This document shows positions 38,228-47,891 of a stretch of DNA of 64,000 nucleotides, piece after piece; position 1 is the first letter of the stretch; every line of letters begins with the position of its first letter. The position numbers and the translations under genes are program-made. The stretch is taken from the NCBI GenBank assembly GCA_020833225.1, contig JAJHQS010000003.1:2005-66004 (forward strand). Reading direction: 5' to 3'. Origin of the DNA: Desulfurococcaceae archaeon. Lineage in GTDB: Archaea; Thermoproteota; Thermoprotei_A; Sulfolobales; Desulfurococcaceae. The notes beneath the pieces were generated by a model. That model saw only the letters and a list, made by a program, of their open reading frames with translations. It did not search any database and was not told the DNA's origin.

Positions 38228-40327
38228 CTACTCAGTAATTATTCTGACATCAACTGCTATTGCTCCTACACCTTCCTCGTATACGAAGAGCGGATTTATA
38301 TCCATTTCTACTATTTGTGGGATATCGGTGACTAGTTTACTTACTCTTAAAAGGACGTTAACTATAGCGTTAATGTCTGCTGGGGGTTCTCCTCTAAATC
38401 CTCTTAGTAGCGCATAAGCTTTTGTCTCAGTAATCATCTCCCTAGCTTCACGTAGTGATAAAGGTGCTAATCTAAATGAGACATCTTTAAATAGTTCTGT
38501 GTAAACTCCTCCAAGTCCAAACATGAGTATATGTCCAAATATGGGGTCTTTACTCGCACCTATTATTACTTCCCTCCCCTTAGGAACCATCTTTTGTACA
38601 GTAACACCTTGAATCATAGCTGTCGGCATATATCTCTTAGCATTTAGTATTATTGTTCTAAACGCCTCAATAACTTCTTCATCTGACTTTAAACCTAAGA
38701 AAACTCCTCCAATATCAGACTTGTGTATTATATCTGGAGAAGCGATTTTAACTACAACCGGGTACCCTACCCTCCTCGCAATTTCTACAGCCCTCTCCTC
38801 ACTCACAGCTAGTTTTGTAGGTGCTACTGGTATTCCATAGTATTTTACGACTTCTTTAGCTTCATGCTCTAATAACACTCTCCTATTTTGCTTCTTAACC
38901 TCCTCAATAATAGCTAAAGCACCTTCTTTATCCACGTCAAATATCTCTACACGTTCTAAAGCTTTCTCTAAGTATTCTCTAATCTCACTATACTCAGTGA
39001 GTCCGAGTATTGCAGCTACAGCTCTCTCGGGCATGTCATATACTGGAATATTGTTTTCTACTAGTATTCTAATAGCTTTTTCTACTCTCTCACCACCTAT
39101 AAATACTGCTAAAATAGGTTTTGAAGGATATTTCCTACTTAACTCTACTATAACTTTAGCTGTTTCTTCAGGTTCTGTTACAACTTGTGGCGTTAATATA
39201 ACTAAGAGAGCGTTTACATTTGGATCTCTTAGTAAAGCTTCAATGGCAATTTTATATCTATCAGCTCTAGCGTCACCTATAACATCTACAGGGTTATATA
39301 CACTAGCCACTGGCGGTAGAGTGCTTCTTAAATACTCTATTGTGTGTTTTGAGAGCTCTGCAAGCTTTAATCCCCTAGATATAAGTAAATCTGATACTAT
39401 TACACCTCCACCACCAGCATTAGTTACAATTCCAATTCTACTCCCCATTGGTATTGGCTGTGAATTAAATGCTATAGCCATGTCAAAGAGCTCTGATACA
39501 GTTGATACTTGTATAATCCCAGCTTTTTTCAATGCAGCTCTTAATGCAGTAACTCCACCAGCCATAGCGCCAGTGTGGCTTAATGCAGCTTTAGCCCCAG
39601 CCTCTGTAACACCACCTTTAAGTAATATTATAGGCTTCTTTCTAGTTACAGTAGAACCAACTTCTACAAATCTCCTACCTTGATCTATAGACTCCAAGTA
39701 TAAGAGTATCACTTTTGTCTCAAGATCTTCTCCAAGGTAGGCTAAGAAATCAGCCTCATTTAAATCAGCCTTATTACCTAAACTAACAATTTTTGAAAAA
39801 CCCACTCCTACTCTAGGAGCCCAGTCTAAAATTGCTGAGAGAAGTGCTCCACTCTGTGATACAAAAGCCACACCACCTTTAACCCCAGGTGTTGATGTGA
39901 AAGTAGCGTTTAATGGAGTATGTAAGTCCATTATGCCGAGGCAATTTGGCCCTACAACTCTAACTCCATATTTCTTAGCGATTTCAATAAGCTTCTTTTC
40001 CCTCTCAACACCTTCACCACCAATCTCTTTAAACCCAGCACTAATTATAACAGCGTATTTAACACCTTTCTTACCACACTCCTCCATAACGTCGAGAACA
40101 GCTTGTGCTGGGACAACTATGACAGCTAAGTCTATATCGCTAGAAACCTCTAGAATAGACTTGTAAGCGTTTAGCCCTAGTATCTTATCGGCCCTTGGAT
40201 TTACTGGGTATACTTCACCCTTATAACCACTCTCAATAATGTTTTTTAATACAACATAACCCACTTTACCCGGCTCTCGAGAAGCACCAATAACCGCTAT
40301 ACTTTTAGGTTTAAACAACTCCTTCAT
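38228..40327 (-). CDS. acd: ADP-forming acetyl-CoA synthetase (fused alpha-beta ACD)
   Basis: 699 aa. CoA-binding N-terminus KSIAVIGASREPGKVGY, a succinyl-CoA-synthetase-like middle, and a C-terminal ATP-grasp beta domain. Confidence 0.9.
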   Translation of the reverse strand: MKELFKPKSIAVIGASREPGKVGYVVLKNIIESGYKGEVYPVNPRADKILGLNAYKSILEVSSDIDLAVIVVPAQAVLDVMEECGKKGVKYAVIISAGFKEIGGEGVEREKKLIEIAKKYGVRVVGPNCLGIMDLHTPLNATFTSTPGVKGGVAFVSQSGALLSAILDWAPRVGVGFSKIVSLGNKADLNEADFLAYLGEDLETKVILLYLESIDQGRRFVEVGSTVTRKKPIILLKGGVTEAGAKAALSHTGAMAGGVTALRAALKKAGIIQVSTVSELFDMAIAFNSQPIPMGSRIGIVTNAGGGGVIVSDLLISRGLKLAELSKHTIEYLRSTLPPVASVYNPVDVIGDARADRYKIAIEALLRDPNVNALLVILTPQVVTEPEETAKVIVELSRKYPSKPILAVFIGGERVEKAIRILVENNIPVYDMPERAVAAILGLTEYSEIREYLEKALERVEIFDVDKEGALAIIEEVKKQNRRVLLEHEAKEVVKYYGIPVAPTKLAVSEERAVEIARRVGYPVVVKIASPDIIHKSDIGGVFLGLKSDEEVIEAFRTIILNAKRYMPTAMIQGVTVQKMVPKGREVIIGASKDPIFGHILMFGLGGVYTELFKDVSFRLAPLSLREAREMITETKAYALLRGFRGEPPADINAIVNVLLRVSKLVTDIPQIVEMDINPLFVYEEGVGAIAVDVRIITE

Positions 40328-40492
40328 ATATACTCCACCTCCATTAAAAGCGCAGTGTTTAAGTAATTAAAAACCTTTACAGCTAATGCTTGGACCTCAG
40401 TGTAGAAGGGGGTCATGGTACTGCAATTACCACGTGATTACTCATTGATAATTTATATTTTCAATTAAGCTATATTGTCCTGGTGTATAATT

Positions 40493-41143
40493 ATGAGGCT
40501 TGTGTTTATAGGGCCTCCCGGTGTTGGGAAAGGCACATATGCTAAAATAATCAGCCAGAAGTATAATATTCCACATATTTCAACTGGTGATATATTTCGC
40601 GAGGAGATAGCTAAGGGTACTGAGCTTGGTTTAAGAGTTAAACCCTATGTTGAGAGGGGTATTTTAGTACCAGATGAAATTGTAGTGGAAGTTGTAAAGA
40701 GAATTTTACAGAGTCCTCTGTGTAATAGGGGGTTTATACTTGATGGATATCCGAGGACAGTGAGACAAGCAGAGGAATTAGATAGAATTGTCAATGTAGA
40801 TGTGGTATTTTTATTTGAAGCTCCTCTTGAAGTTGTCGTAGAGAGGGTTTCTGGGAGATTATTATGTCCTAAGTGTGGTGCTATATATAATGTCTCGTGG
40901 AAACCTCCAAGGAGGCCCGGTATATGTGATATATGTGGTACTCAATTAATTCGGAGAAGAGATGATGAACCTAAATTAGTTAGAGAGAGATATCAATTAT
41001 ATAGGCAAACTCTCACACCTGTAATAGATTACTATAGGAGAAAAGGAATTCTAGTTGAGGTAAATGCAGCTCGCGAAGCACACTTAGTTATCTCTGATAT
41101 AGAGCATATACTTGCTAAAATTTTTAAGCTCAATCCAGGTTAA
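40493..41143 (+). CDS. adk: Adenylate kinase, bacterial/long type with a zinc-finger lid
   Basis: MRLVFIGPPGVGKGT P-loop. Lid cysteines CPKCGAIYN...CDICG. The ORF track extends to 40475, but ATG 40493 fits better. Confidence 0.9.
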   Translation: MRLVFIGPPGVGKGTYAKIISQKYNIPHISTGDIFREEIAKGTELGLRVKPYVERGILVPDEIVVEVVKRILQSPLCNRGFILDGYPRTVRQAEELDRIVNVDVVFLFEAPLEVVVERVSGRLLCPKCGAIYNVSWKPPRRPGICDICGTQLIRRRDDEPKLVRERYQLYRQTLTPVIDYYRRKGILVEVNAAREAHLVISDIEHILAKIFKLNPG

Positions 41144-41154
41144 GGTATCTTCGG

Positions 41155-41937
41155 GTGGATGCTATGAAGATCTTACATGAATTTGTACCTACAAGAAAAT
41201 TCCTAAAAATGGCTGAAGAGACGAAAGACCTAGTTGACGGCTGGAATGTAACTGATAGTGCAGCTGGTGTTCCTGCACCAAGTGGCGTTGCAGTAAGCTG
41301 TGTTTTAAAAACGAAGTATCCTGATAAAGTGGTAATACCAATATTTATATTGAACTATAAAGGCCCCGTAGAGGTAGGTGCTCTAGCATTAGCGGCTGAA
41401 GCCGTAGGTCTTGACGGCATAGTCTTAACGATGGGTGATGATCCCATATATGGAGAGCCTCTGGGGCCAAAATACTGGGGTAAGACAGAAAATGCTAGAG
41501 ATTTCTTAAGAGAAAAAGTTAAAATAAAGACACTGAAACTTGGATGTCTCTTATCACCAAGACCTTGGAGAGAGAGATATGGTGAAAAATCAAAAATAGG
41601 TTTTACTGCACAAGATATGATTGAGAGAGTAAAGACAGGCTGGGATTTCGCCTTCTTCGCGAGACTTACACCAGAAGTCTTATCAACACTAGAAGAGGTG
41701 TCTAGAGAAATGAAGAAACTAGCTAAACCACTATATGCATACTTCTTAATTCAAACTCCACGTAATGTAGAGATATTGAAGAAGATTGGTTGGCAGCCTA
41801 CAACAACAATTGATAAAGCTGTCGAGTTCGCTGAGAAACTTGAAGGACTTGTTGACGGGATTATAGCAACATGTGCAGGAGATTATCAGGGCGATTTAGA
41901 GCTTTTAAAAGCACTACAGAAACTCAGGAAAAAATAG
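41155..41937 (+). CDS. Methylenetetrahydrofolate-reductase-like (MetF-like) TIM-barrel protein
   Basis: 260 aa. The pattern EFVPTRK...VTDSAAGVP...AAEAVGLDGIVLTMGDDP resembles the MTHFR fold. Confidence 0.5.
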   Translation: MDAMKILHEFVPTRKFLKMAEETKDLVDGWNVTDSAAGVPAPSGVAVSCVLKTKYPDKVVIPIFILNYKGPVEVGALALAAEAVGLDGIVLTMGDDPIYGEPLGPKYWGKTENARDFLREKVKIKTLKLGCLLSPRPWRERYGEKSKIGFTAQDMIERVKTGWDFAFFARLTPEVLSTLEEVSREMKKLAKPLYAYFLIQTPRNVEILKKIGWQPTTTIDKAVEFAEKLEGLVDGIIATCAGDYQGDLELLKALQKLRKK

Positions 41938-41947
41938 GGTTAAAGCC

Positions 41948-42862
41948 TTGTCTGAGCTGAAATTTAAACCAGTATTTCTATTTATAGATACTGATAAACA
42001 TGCAAGCCCATTTGACATACTCATGACAATAGACCTCATACCAGACGTCGTGGTACTTAAATATGAGAACGTGACTCCAGAAGACGTAGAAAAAATAGTT
42101 TATGATGCACTATTCCCCAGAGGTCCTAAGGGAGTAAAATACACAAAGATCTTTGTTAATGGTAGAGAATTAGAGACCGTGAACGCTATTGTTGAGAAAA
42201 TTAAGAAGTGTATGTTTCCACCATTTGAGCTCTCAGTGATAGTTGACCCAAGAGGCTCTTATACCACAGCCAGCGCAGCTGTAGTGAAGACGTTAGAAGT
42301 ATTGCAAAAACTGGGTTTAGGCACTATTGAAGGTAAAAATGTCACAGTATTAGCGGGTACAGGTCCTGTTGGAGTTGCAGCTACATGGCTCTATGCTGCT
42401 GAGAAAGCTGCAAAAGTTACTGTGACTTCAAGAGATCTAGCTAAGGCACAGAGAGTTGCAAGTAGAGTTAACGAGGAGTTAAAAATAGATGTGGTAAAGC
42501 CTTTCCAGGCTAAAACCTCAGAGGATGTGGGCAAAGCTATAGAAGACGCAGATATAGTTCTCGCCACTGGTGCTCCTGGTGTAAAACTACTTCCACTAGA
42601 GATTTTAAAAACTTATGGTAAGAAAGTGAGAGTAGTTGCAGATTGTAATGCTGTCCCACCATATGGTATAGAGGGTCTTGAACCAAAATGGGATGGAAAA
42701 GAAGTTATACCTGGAGTATATGGGGTAGGTGCACTAGCTATAGGTACACTTAAAAATAAAATTGAAGCAGAGTTAATTAAAAAAGCTCTACAAGAGCCAA
42801 AAGGAATATTCGACTTTAGAGCCGCCTATGAAATAGGTAAAGCTATGCTCACAGCCAAGTAG
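41948..42862 (+). CDS. NAD(P)-dependent methylene-tetrahydromethanopterin/tetrahydrofolate dehydrogenase (MtdA/MtdB family)
   Basis: Colinear with methylotroph MtdA as I recall it: FIDTDKHASPFD, NVTPEDV, VLAGTGPVG, VADCNAVPPYGIEG, GALAIGTLKNKIE. Confidence 0.75.
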   Translation: MSELKFKPVFLFIDTDKHASPFDILMTIDLIPDVVVLKYENVTPEDVEKIVYDALFPRGPKGVKYTKIFVNGRELETVNAIVEKIKKCMFPPFELSVIVDPRGSYTTASAAVVKTLEVLQKLGLGTIEGKNVTVLAGTGPVGVAATWLYAAEKAAKVTVTSRDLAKAQRVASRVNEELKIDVVKPFQAKTSEDVGKAIEDADIVLATGAPGVKLLPLEILKTYGKKVRVVADCNAVPPYGIEGLEPKWDGKEVIPGVYGVGALAIGTLKNKIEAELIKKALQEPKGIFDFRAAYEIGKAMLTAK

Positions 42863-42898
42863 TTTTTTTACAAATCACCTCTATTTGTTTACAAGTTT

Positions 42899-44758
42899 TT
42901 AGCTCTTATTACCTATTCTCATAGATTTAACATATACATCGCGGAATTCAGGATCTGCTGAGAGCTCTATATACTTAATCTTCTTCTCTACTACATCACC
43001 TATTTCTCTCCTAGCTTCAGAAGATTTCAATGCTATTTTAGCACCTACAATAGCACTTTCTCCTACAAATATAATTCTCTCCTTACTAATTGGGGGTAGT
43101 AATCCTACTTCAACAGCGCTATCAACATTTAATCTCGCACCAAAAGAACCAGCCACATATATTCGCCTAATATCTAAGGGGCTTACACCTAGTTTCCTCG
43201 ATAACATAGTCCACGCAGCCTTAATAGCAGCTATAGCTAGTAGAATAGTCTCTATATCTCTAAGTGTCACATATATCTCTGCTCCAGTAGCACTCTCCTC
43301 AGCTGGTACTACAATAAATCTCCTTAACCCCTCTTCTATATGTACTCTAGGGTGATTAACAGCTGTAAATCTACCGAGATCATCTATAATTCTATTTCTG
43401 TGTAATTCGGCTACTAGGTCTATTAAACCAGTACCACAAATACCCCTCGGCTTAACTCCACCGATAGTCTCACACTCTACATCTGAGTTATTGATTCTAA
43501 TAGACTCAATAGCTCCCGGCACAGCCCTCATACCATAAGTAATACCAACACCTTCAAATGCAGGTCCAGCTGGGGCAGATGCTGCAAGTATGATCTCTGA
43601 GTTACCTAAGAAGACTTCTGTATTAGTACCTATATCTATAGTTAAAACAAGCTCATCTAATTTATACATTTGAGTAGCTAAAATATCAGCTACTCCATCT
43701 GCCCCCACATAGGCTCTTATAACTGGGTGAGAATAAACATACCCTTGACTATTAATATCTACTCCAATTTCTCTAGACTTACACTTAAAAGAGCGAGAAA
43801 TAGCTGGTACGTAGGGTGAGCGTGCTATAAAACTCGGTTGAATGCCGAAAAATAAGTGATGCATAACTGTATTTCCTACTACTACCACTTCATATATATT
43901 CCTCTGATCTATTTTAGCCCTCTCAGCGAGATCTCTGATAATCCTATTTATTGCTGAGACAACTAGTTGTTGTAGTTTAATTAAGTTTTCTTGAGACTTC
44001 TCCGCGTACATTATTCTTGATATAACATCAGCACCATAAGTTAATTGAGGATTCTCTAAAGAGTCTTCTGCTAAGGTTACACCACTATTTAAATCCACTA
44101 AGTGTACAATTATCTTTGATGTGCCAATATCAACTGCTACACCATAGAGCTTATTAGTGGTATCACCAGGCTCCACCGAGATCAACTCATTCTCATATAA
44201 GACGACTGTTACATCCCAGTTATTTGCCCTGAGAATAAAGGGTAATTCACGTAGAACCTCTAAAGGTATAACTAAGTCTTGTTTTACACCTTGTTTCACT
44301 AATGCTTCTCTAAGCCTTTCAAAATCCGCCCTATTATCCTCTAGCGTCGGTCTAGGTAATTTAACATGTATCTTCTTAACAACAGGGTTTAAGGGGAAAA
44401 TATCATCTCTCAGAGTAACAGGTGCAATTGCTCTTCCACGAGAGACTATGAGAGACTCCTCTGGTATATAAATAGATACATAGTCTCCAGCGATTTTAGC
44501 TTGACAAGCTAATCTCACCCCTTTCTCAATATCTCTAGGACTTAGTAACCTTATTTCAGCATTTGTCAAATAATTTAAATCTTCACCACCACTCACCACC
44601 ACTACTCTACACTTACCACAAACACCTCTCCCACCGCAAATACTAGCTAAAGGTATTCCAGCTCTTTGAATCACTTGAAGTATTGTAGAACCTCTCTCAG
44701 TTTTAACACTAATATCCCCGGGTTTAAGCATAACGATTGGCACTTTAATCATCCTCAT
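42899..44758 (-). CDS. RACo-type corrinoid reductive activase, copy 2
   Basis: 619 aa. ICGGRGVCGKCRV [2Fe-2S] motif, VAVDIGTSKI and TIDIGTNTEV ASKHA motifs. Paralogue of 33709..35577. Confidence 0.8.
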   Translation of the reverse strand: MRMIKVPIVMLKPGDISVKTERGSTILQVIQRAGIPLASICGGRGVCGKCRVVVVSGGEDLNYLTNAEIRLLSPRDIEKGVRLACQAKIAGDYVSIYIPEESLIVSRGRAIAPVTLRDDIFPLNPVVKKIHVKLPRPTLEDNRADFERLREALVKQGVKQDLVIPLEVLRELPFILRANNWDVTVVLYENELISVEPGDTTNKLYGVAVDIGTSKIIVHLVDLNSGVTLAEDSLENPQLTYGADVISRIMYAEKSQENLIKLQQLVVSAINRIIRDLAERAKIDQRNIYEVVVVGNTVMHHLFFGIQPSFIARSPYVPAISRSFKCKSREIGVDINSQGYVYSHPVIRAYVGADGVADILATQMYKLDELVLTIDIGTNTEVFLGNSEIILAASAPAGPAFEGVGITYGMRAVPGAIESIRINNSDVECETIGGVKPRGICGTGLIDLVAELHRNRIIDDLGRFTAVNHPRVHIEEGLRRFIVVPAEESATGAEIYVTLRDIETILLAIAAIKAAWTMLSRKLGVSPLDIRRIYVAGSFGARLNVDSAVEVGLLPPISKERIIFVGESAIVGAKIALKSSEARREIGDVVEKKIKYIELSADPEFRDVYVKSMRIGNKS

Positions 44759-44831
44759 TAGCTACTCTTTCTAATTACACCCATGCATTAATAACCGTGT
44801 CCCATCTACGATATCCAACAATCTTTTTAAT

Positions 44832-45995
44832 TCACAAGAAAACATCACTTAGATTATAAGCTAGTTTACTCATAGAGACCAATTCTGCAATTCTACTTAT
44901 GACAGCATCTCTAGACATAGACTCACCTATTAGAATACTACGTGGAGACTTCTCCACACCAATACTCTTCTCATTAGTGAGCGTTGTAATAATCTTATCT
45001 AGTATGAGGTAATAGACATAGCCACTTACTAAATCTCCTAAAAAGTAGTGTTCACATATATTCTCCTGCACACTCATAGACTTAATTAAAAATTCCCCCA
45101 TTCGTGGAAACACCTCATAGATACCGATAATCGAGGTCGTAGCTCTAGGATTTACTTCAATAACATACATGTCATCTCCACTCCACACAACATCTAAGCC
45201 AATATAGCCTCTAAGCTCTGGAAAACACTTATAAAGCTTATTGAGAACATTCTCAGCTTTTACCCTGAACGCGTTATTTCTAATAGGTAATACTCCACCT
45301 ATATATCTAAGTTTATTTTCACCTAAAACTATTAATTGCAAATTTAGAGAGTAGAGTAGATAGCCACACCCCCCATAAATAACTGATATACTCCCATGTA
45401 TACCACTCACATACTCCTGTATTAGAGCCCTACCACTAGGATCACACTTCACAGCTTTACGTGCATATTGCAAAGCTTCATCCTCACTTCTAGCAAAATA
45501 AACACATTCAGAACCAGCTAAAAGTGTTGGCTTAACTATGTAAGGTGAATGTAATTCATTAACACACAAACGATCAATGTGTAATTCATCCACAAGTACA
45601 GATCTAGGCGTTTTAATACCACACTTCTCAAGAGCATTGTAAGTGGTAAATTTATCTGAAAAAGCCTCTACTAAATAGTGAGGTGGGCCGAGAAGCCTCC
45701 TACCAGCTATTCTAGATAATTTAATAAGTTCTAATGGAGGTGCAATAAGCACTATCCAGTCAAAGAGATCTCTAGCTCGCTCCACTACGTGATAATATTC
45801 TGTCTCATTATTTATAGTGACCACTTTATCCCACGGTATTTTAGAGATCTTACTATTAACAGTCAAATACACATCACACCCAGCATCACTCAACACCTTT
45901 GCAACAGTGATCACCATGGCATAAGCCTCAGGTAATAAGTCTAAGTAGTGATCTTGATAAGTACTTAGTACAAACTCTGATATTAGGATCTTCAA
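44832..45995 (-). CDS. mfnD: ATP-grasp ligase, MfnD-like (tyramine-glutamate ligase family of methanofuran biosynthesis)
   Basis: 387 aa. MKILISEF N-terminus and an ATP-grasp core (YIVKPTLLAGSECVYF, YVIEVNPR). Clustered with mfnF/E/B-like genes. Confidence 0.5.
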   Translation of the reverse strand: MKILISEFVLSTYQDHYLDLLPEAYAMVITVAKVLSDAGCDVYLTVNSKISKIPWDKVVTINNETEYYHVVERARDLFDWIVLIAPPLELIKLSRIAGRRLLGPPHYLVEAFSDKFTTYNALEKCGIKTPRSVLVDELHIDRLCVNELHSPYIVKPTLLAGSECVYFARSEDEALQYARKAVKCDPSGRALIQEYVSGIHGSISVIYGGCGYLLYSLNLQLIVLGENKLRYIGGVLPIRNNAFRVKAENVLNKLYKCFPELRGYIGLDVVWSGDDMYVIEVNPRATTSIIGIYEVFPRMGEFLIKSMSVQENICEHYFLGDLVSGYVYYLILDKIITTLTNEKSIGVEKSPRSILIGESMSRDAVISRIAELVSMSKLAYNLSDVFL

Positions 45996-46038
45996 AATAA
46001 CATCACCAAGTTCAAATATGGAAGAAAATTATGACTAC

Positions 46039-46725
46039 TTAATATATTGGCTTACGTATAACTCCTTTATGTATAGCTGTAGCAACTAAAACTCCAATTA
46101 CCCCTATACTCTTTAAATATAATATGTCTTCTTCTCCTTTAACACCCCCTCCAACAATTAATTTTCCAGGGAAGTATCTAATTAGTTTCGATATTACAGC
46201 TTTATTTACGCCAGACTCTGTACCTACTCGGCTTAAGTCTATAGCGAGAACTCTCTTAAACTCTATTGTCTTAAACTCTTCAATGACGTCGTCTATACTT
46301 CTACGAGTATTACTAAATAGTACTTTGTCTCCAAACATATCTAAACTTATTACTCTACCGGCGAGAAATTCTATTTCACTAGGATATTTCACGTATTCTG
46401 TTCCAATAACATATGTAATATTCTCATTGTCAAGTAAATTTAAGCCTCTCCTCCCAACATCAGCTAGTACTTTAAAGTTTAATGCCACTGCTGTGTAAAC
46501 TATAATGCCATTATCCCCCCTCCCCATGATAGCGTCTAAATCAGCTATATAAACACTAGTAAAACCCATATCTCTAAGACTTGTTAAGATAAGACTTGGG
46601 TCAGGACTTTTTACCAGAACACTATCTCTTAATGGCTTATACTCCTCTCTACGACCAGCAACAGCGTGGACAACAAGCCCATTCATAATGTCTAATACAG
46701 GGATGACTTCTACCAAATTTAACAC
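46039..46725 (-). CDS. HisA/HisF-family TIM-barrel protein (paralogue associated with C1-carrier biosynthesis; function unassigned)
   Basis: VIPVLDIMNGLVVHAV, ADLDAIMG and VGGGVKGEEDI are HisA/HisF-like phosphate-binding motifs. Confidence 0.6.
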   Translation of the reverse strand: MLNLVEVIPVLDIMNGLVVHAVAGRREEYKPLRDSVLVKSPDPSLILTSLRDMGFTSVYIADLDAIMGRGDNGIIVYTAVALNFKVLADVGRRGLNLLDNENITYVIGTEYVKYPSEIEFLAGRVISLDMFGDKVLFSNTRRSIDDVIEEFKTIEFKRVLAIDLSRVGTESGVNKAVISKLIRYFPGKLIVGGGVKGEEDILYLKSIGVIGVLVATAIHKGVIRKPIY

Positions 46726-46805
46726 CTTAATAGTGCTACATTGTCTTAATTTATATTAAAAAATTCTTATTATAGTGTTTAAGAATACTCAAGTAGGGTT
46801 TAAGT

Positions 46806-47891
46806 GTGCAAATTCTTGGACTTGATATAGGAGGTGCTAATATCAAGGCTGTTAATACAACACCTACTACTAGTGGGAGAGATGTGAATATTACTGGTAT
46901 TGCACGTCGGTATAATCCACTCTGGTTAAAGGGTGTTGAATCTCTAAGAGAAATCCTTAGAGAAGTTAAGCGAGAGTTTTCTCTTAAGCCAGGAGAATAC
47001 TATGTAGGTGTAACTATGACTGCTGAGCTCTCAGATATATTTAAGACAAAGTATGATGGGGTTAAAACTATCGTAGAGATTACTGAGGATGTGTATAGAG
47101 ATTCTAGGGGGATATACTATGTTACAGTTGACATGAACTTAGTAAACTCTATTGAAGCTGTAAAAAACTATTTAAGAGTAGCTGCTGCAAATTGGGCTGC
47201 TACTGCATGGCTTATGAGATATAAGTGTTCTGAGTGGGGTGTTTACAACGCCATATTAATAGATATTGGTAGTACAACTACAACGATAATACCTATGGTT
47301 AACTGTAATATTAGAGTTAGAGGTTACACAGACCCTGAGAAGCTTGTTTATGGCGAGCTAGTTTATACAGGTATATTGAGAGGTAATGTAGCTACAATAG
47401 TTGATCGTGTGCCATATAAGGGATTCTATGCTAGGGTGTCTTCAGAGAGATTTTCCCTAATAGGAGATGTTCACTTAATACTAGGTCACATTACTAGTGA
47501 AGATTACACTACAGAGACAGCTGATGGTAGAGGTAAAAGTTTAGAAGAGGCTGTCCAGAGACTAGCTCGAGTACCCTGTGCAGACTCTGATATTATTAGT
47601 TTTGAAGAAGCTGTTGAAATTGCTCGATATATCTATGAGAGACAGGTATTCACGGTCTTTGAGGCGTTAATGCAGATCAGGTCGTGGCTAACTTCTCAAA
47701 AAGTAAAGCTAGATGAATTCATAGTTATAACAGCTGGAATTGGAGAGTTCTTAGCAGCTGAGGCTGGTAAGAGAGCTGGTTTTAAGAGAATTGTAAGTAT
47801 TAATGATCTTGTGGGTGAGAGAATTGCGAGTGTTCTCCCATCTTATGCCTCAGCATTAATGGTGTTAGATAAGGTTTCTAAGAGTGAATAA
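46806..47891 (+). CDS. mfnF: Hydantoinase/ASKHA-fold H4MPT-linked C1 pathway protein, MfnF-like
   Basis: ILGLDIGGANIKA N-terminus and a second LIDIGSTTTT phosphate motif. 361 aa. Coupled to the next gene by an 8-nt overlap. Confidence 0.55.
   Translation: MQILGLDIGGANIKAVNTTPTTSGRDVNITGIARRYNPLWLKGVESLREILREVKREFSLKPGEYYVGVTMTAELSDIFKTKYDGVKTIVEITEDVYRDSRGIYYVTVDMNLVNSIEAVKNYLRVAAANWAATAWLMRYKCSEWGVYNAILIDIGSTTTTIIPMVNCNIRVRGYTDPEKLVYGELVYTGILRGNVATIVDRVPYKGFYARVSSERFSLIGDVHLILGHITSEDYTTETADGRGKSLEEAVQRLARVPCADSDIISFEEAVEIARYIYERQVFTVFEALMQIRSWLTSQKVKLDEFIVITAGIGEFLAAEAGKRAGFKRIVSINDLVGERIASVLPSYASALMVLDKVSKSE

Noticed and set aside
38997-39683. 228-aa plus-strand ORF inside the acd gene
   Set aside because: It is antisense to the ACD CoA-ligase domain and has a Ser/Thr/Ala/Pro-rich composition. 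It is a shadow ORF. The same reasoning applies to the other short ORF-track entries that lie opposite confirmed genes, such as 1272..1535, 2488..2718, 12568..12939, 14531..14941, 29339..29710, 44157..44471, 46124..46498 and 59191..59559.
40475-41143. Bacterial-type zinc-lid adenylate kinase as evidence of horizontal transfer
   Set aside because: Long-type Adk occurs in several archaeal lineages, and composition here is indistinguishable by eye from the flanking genes. It is not distinctive enough to report as a finding.
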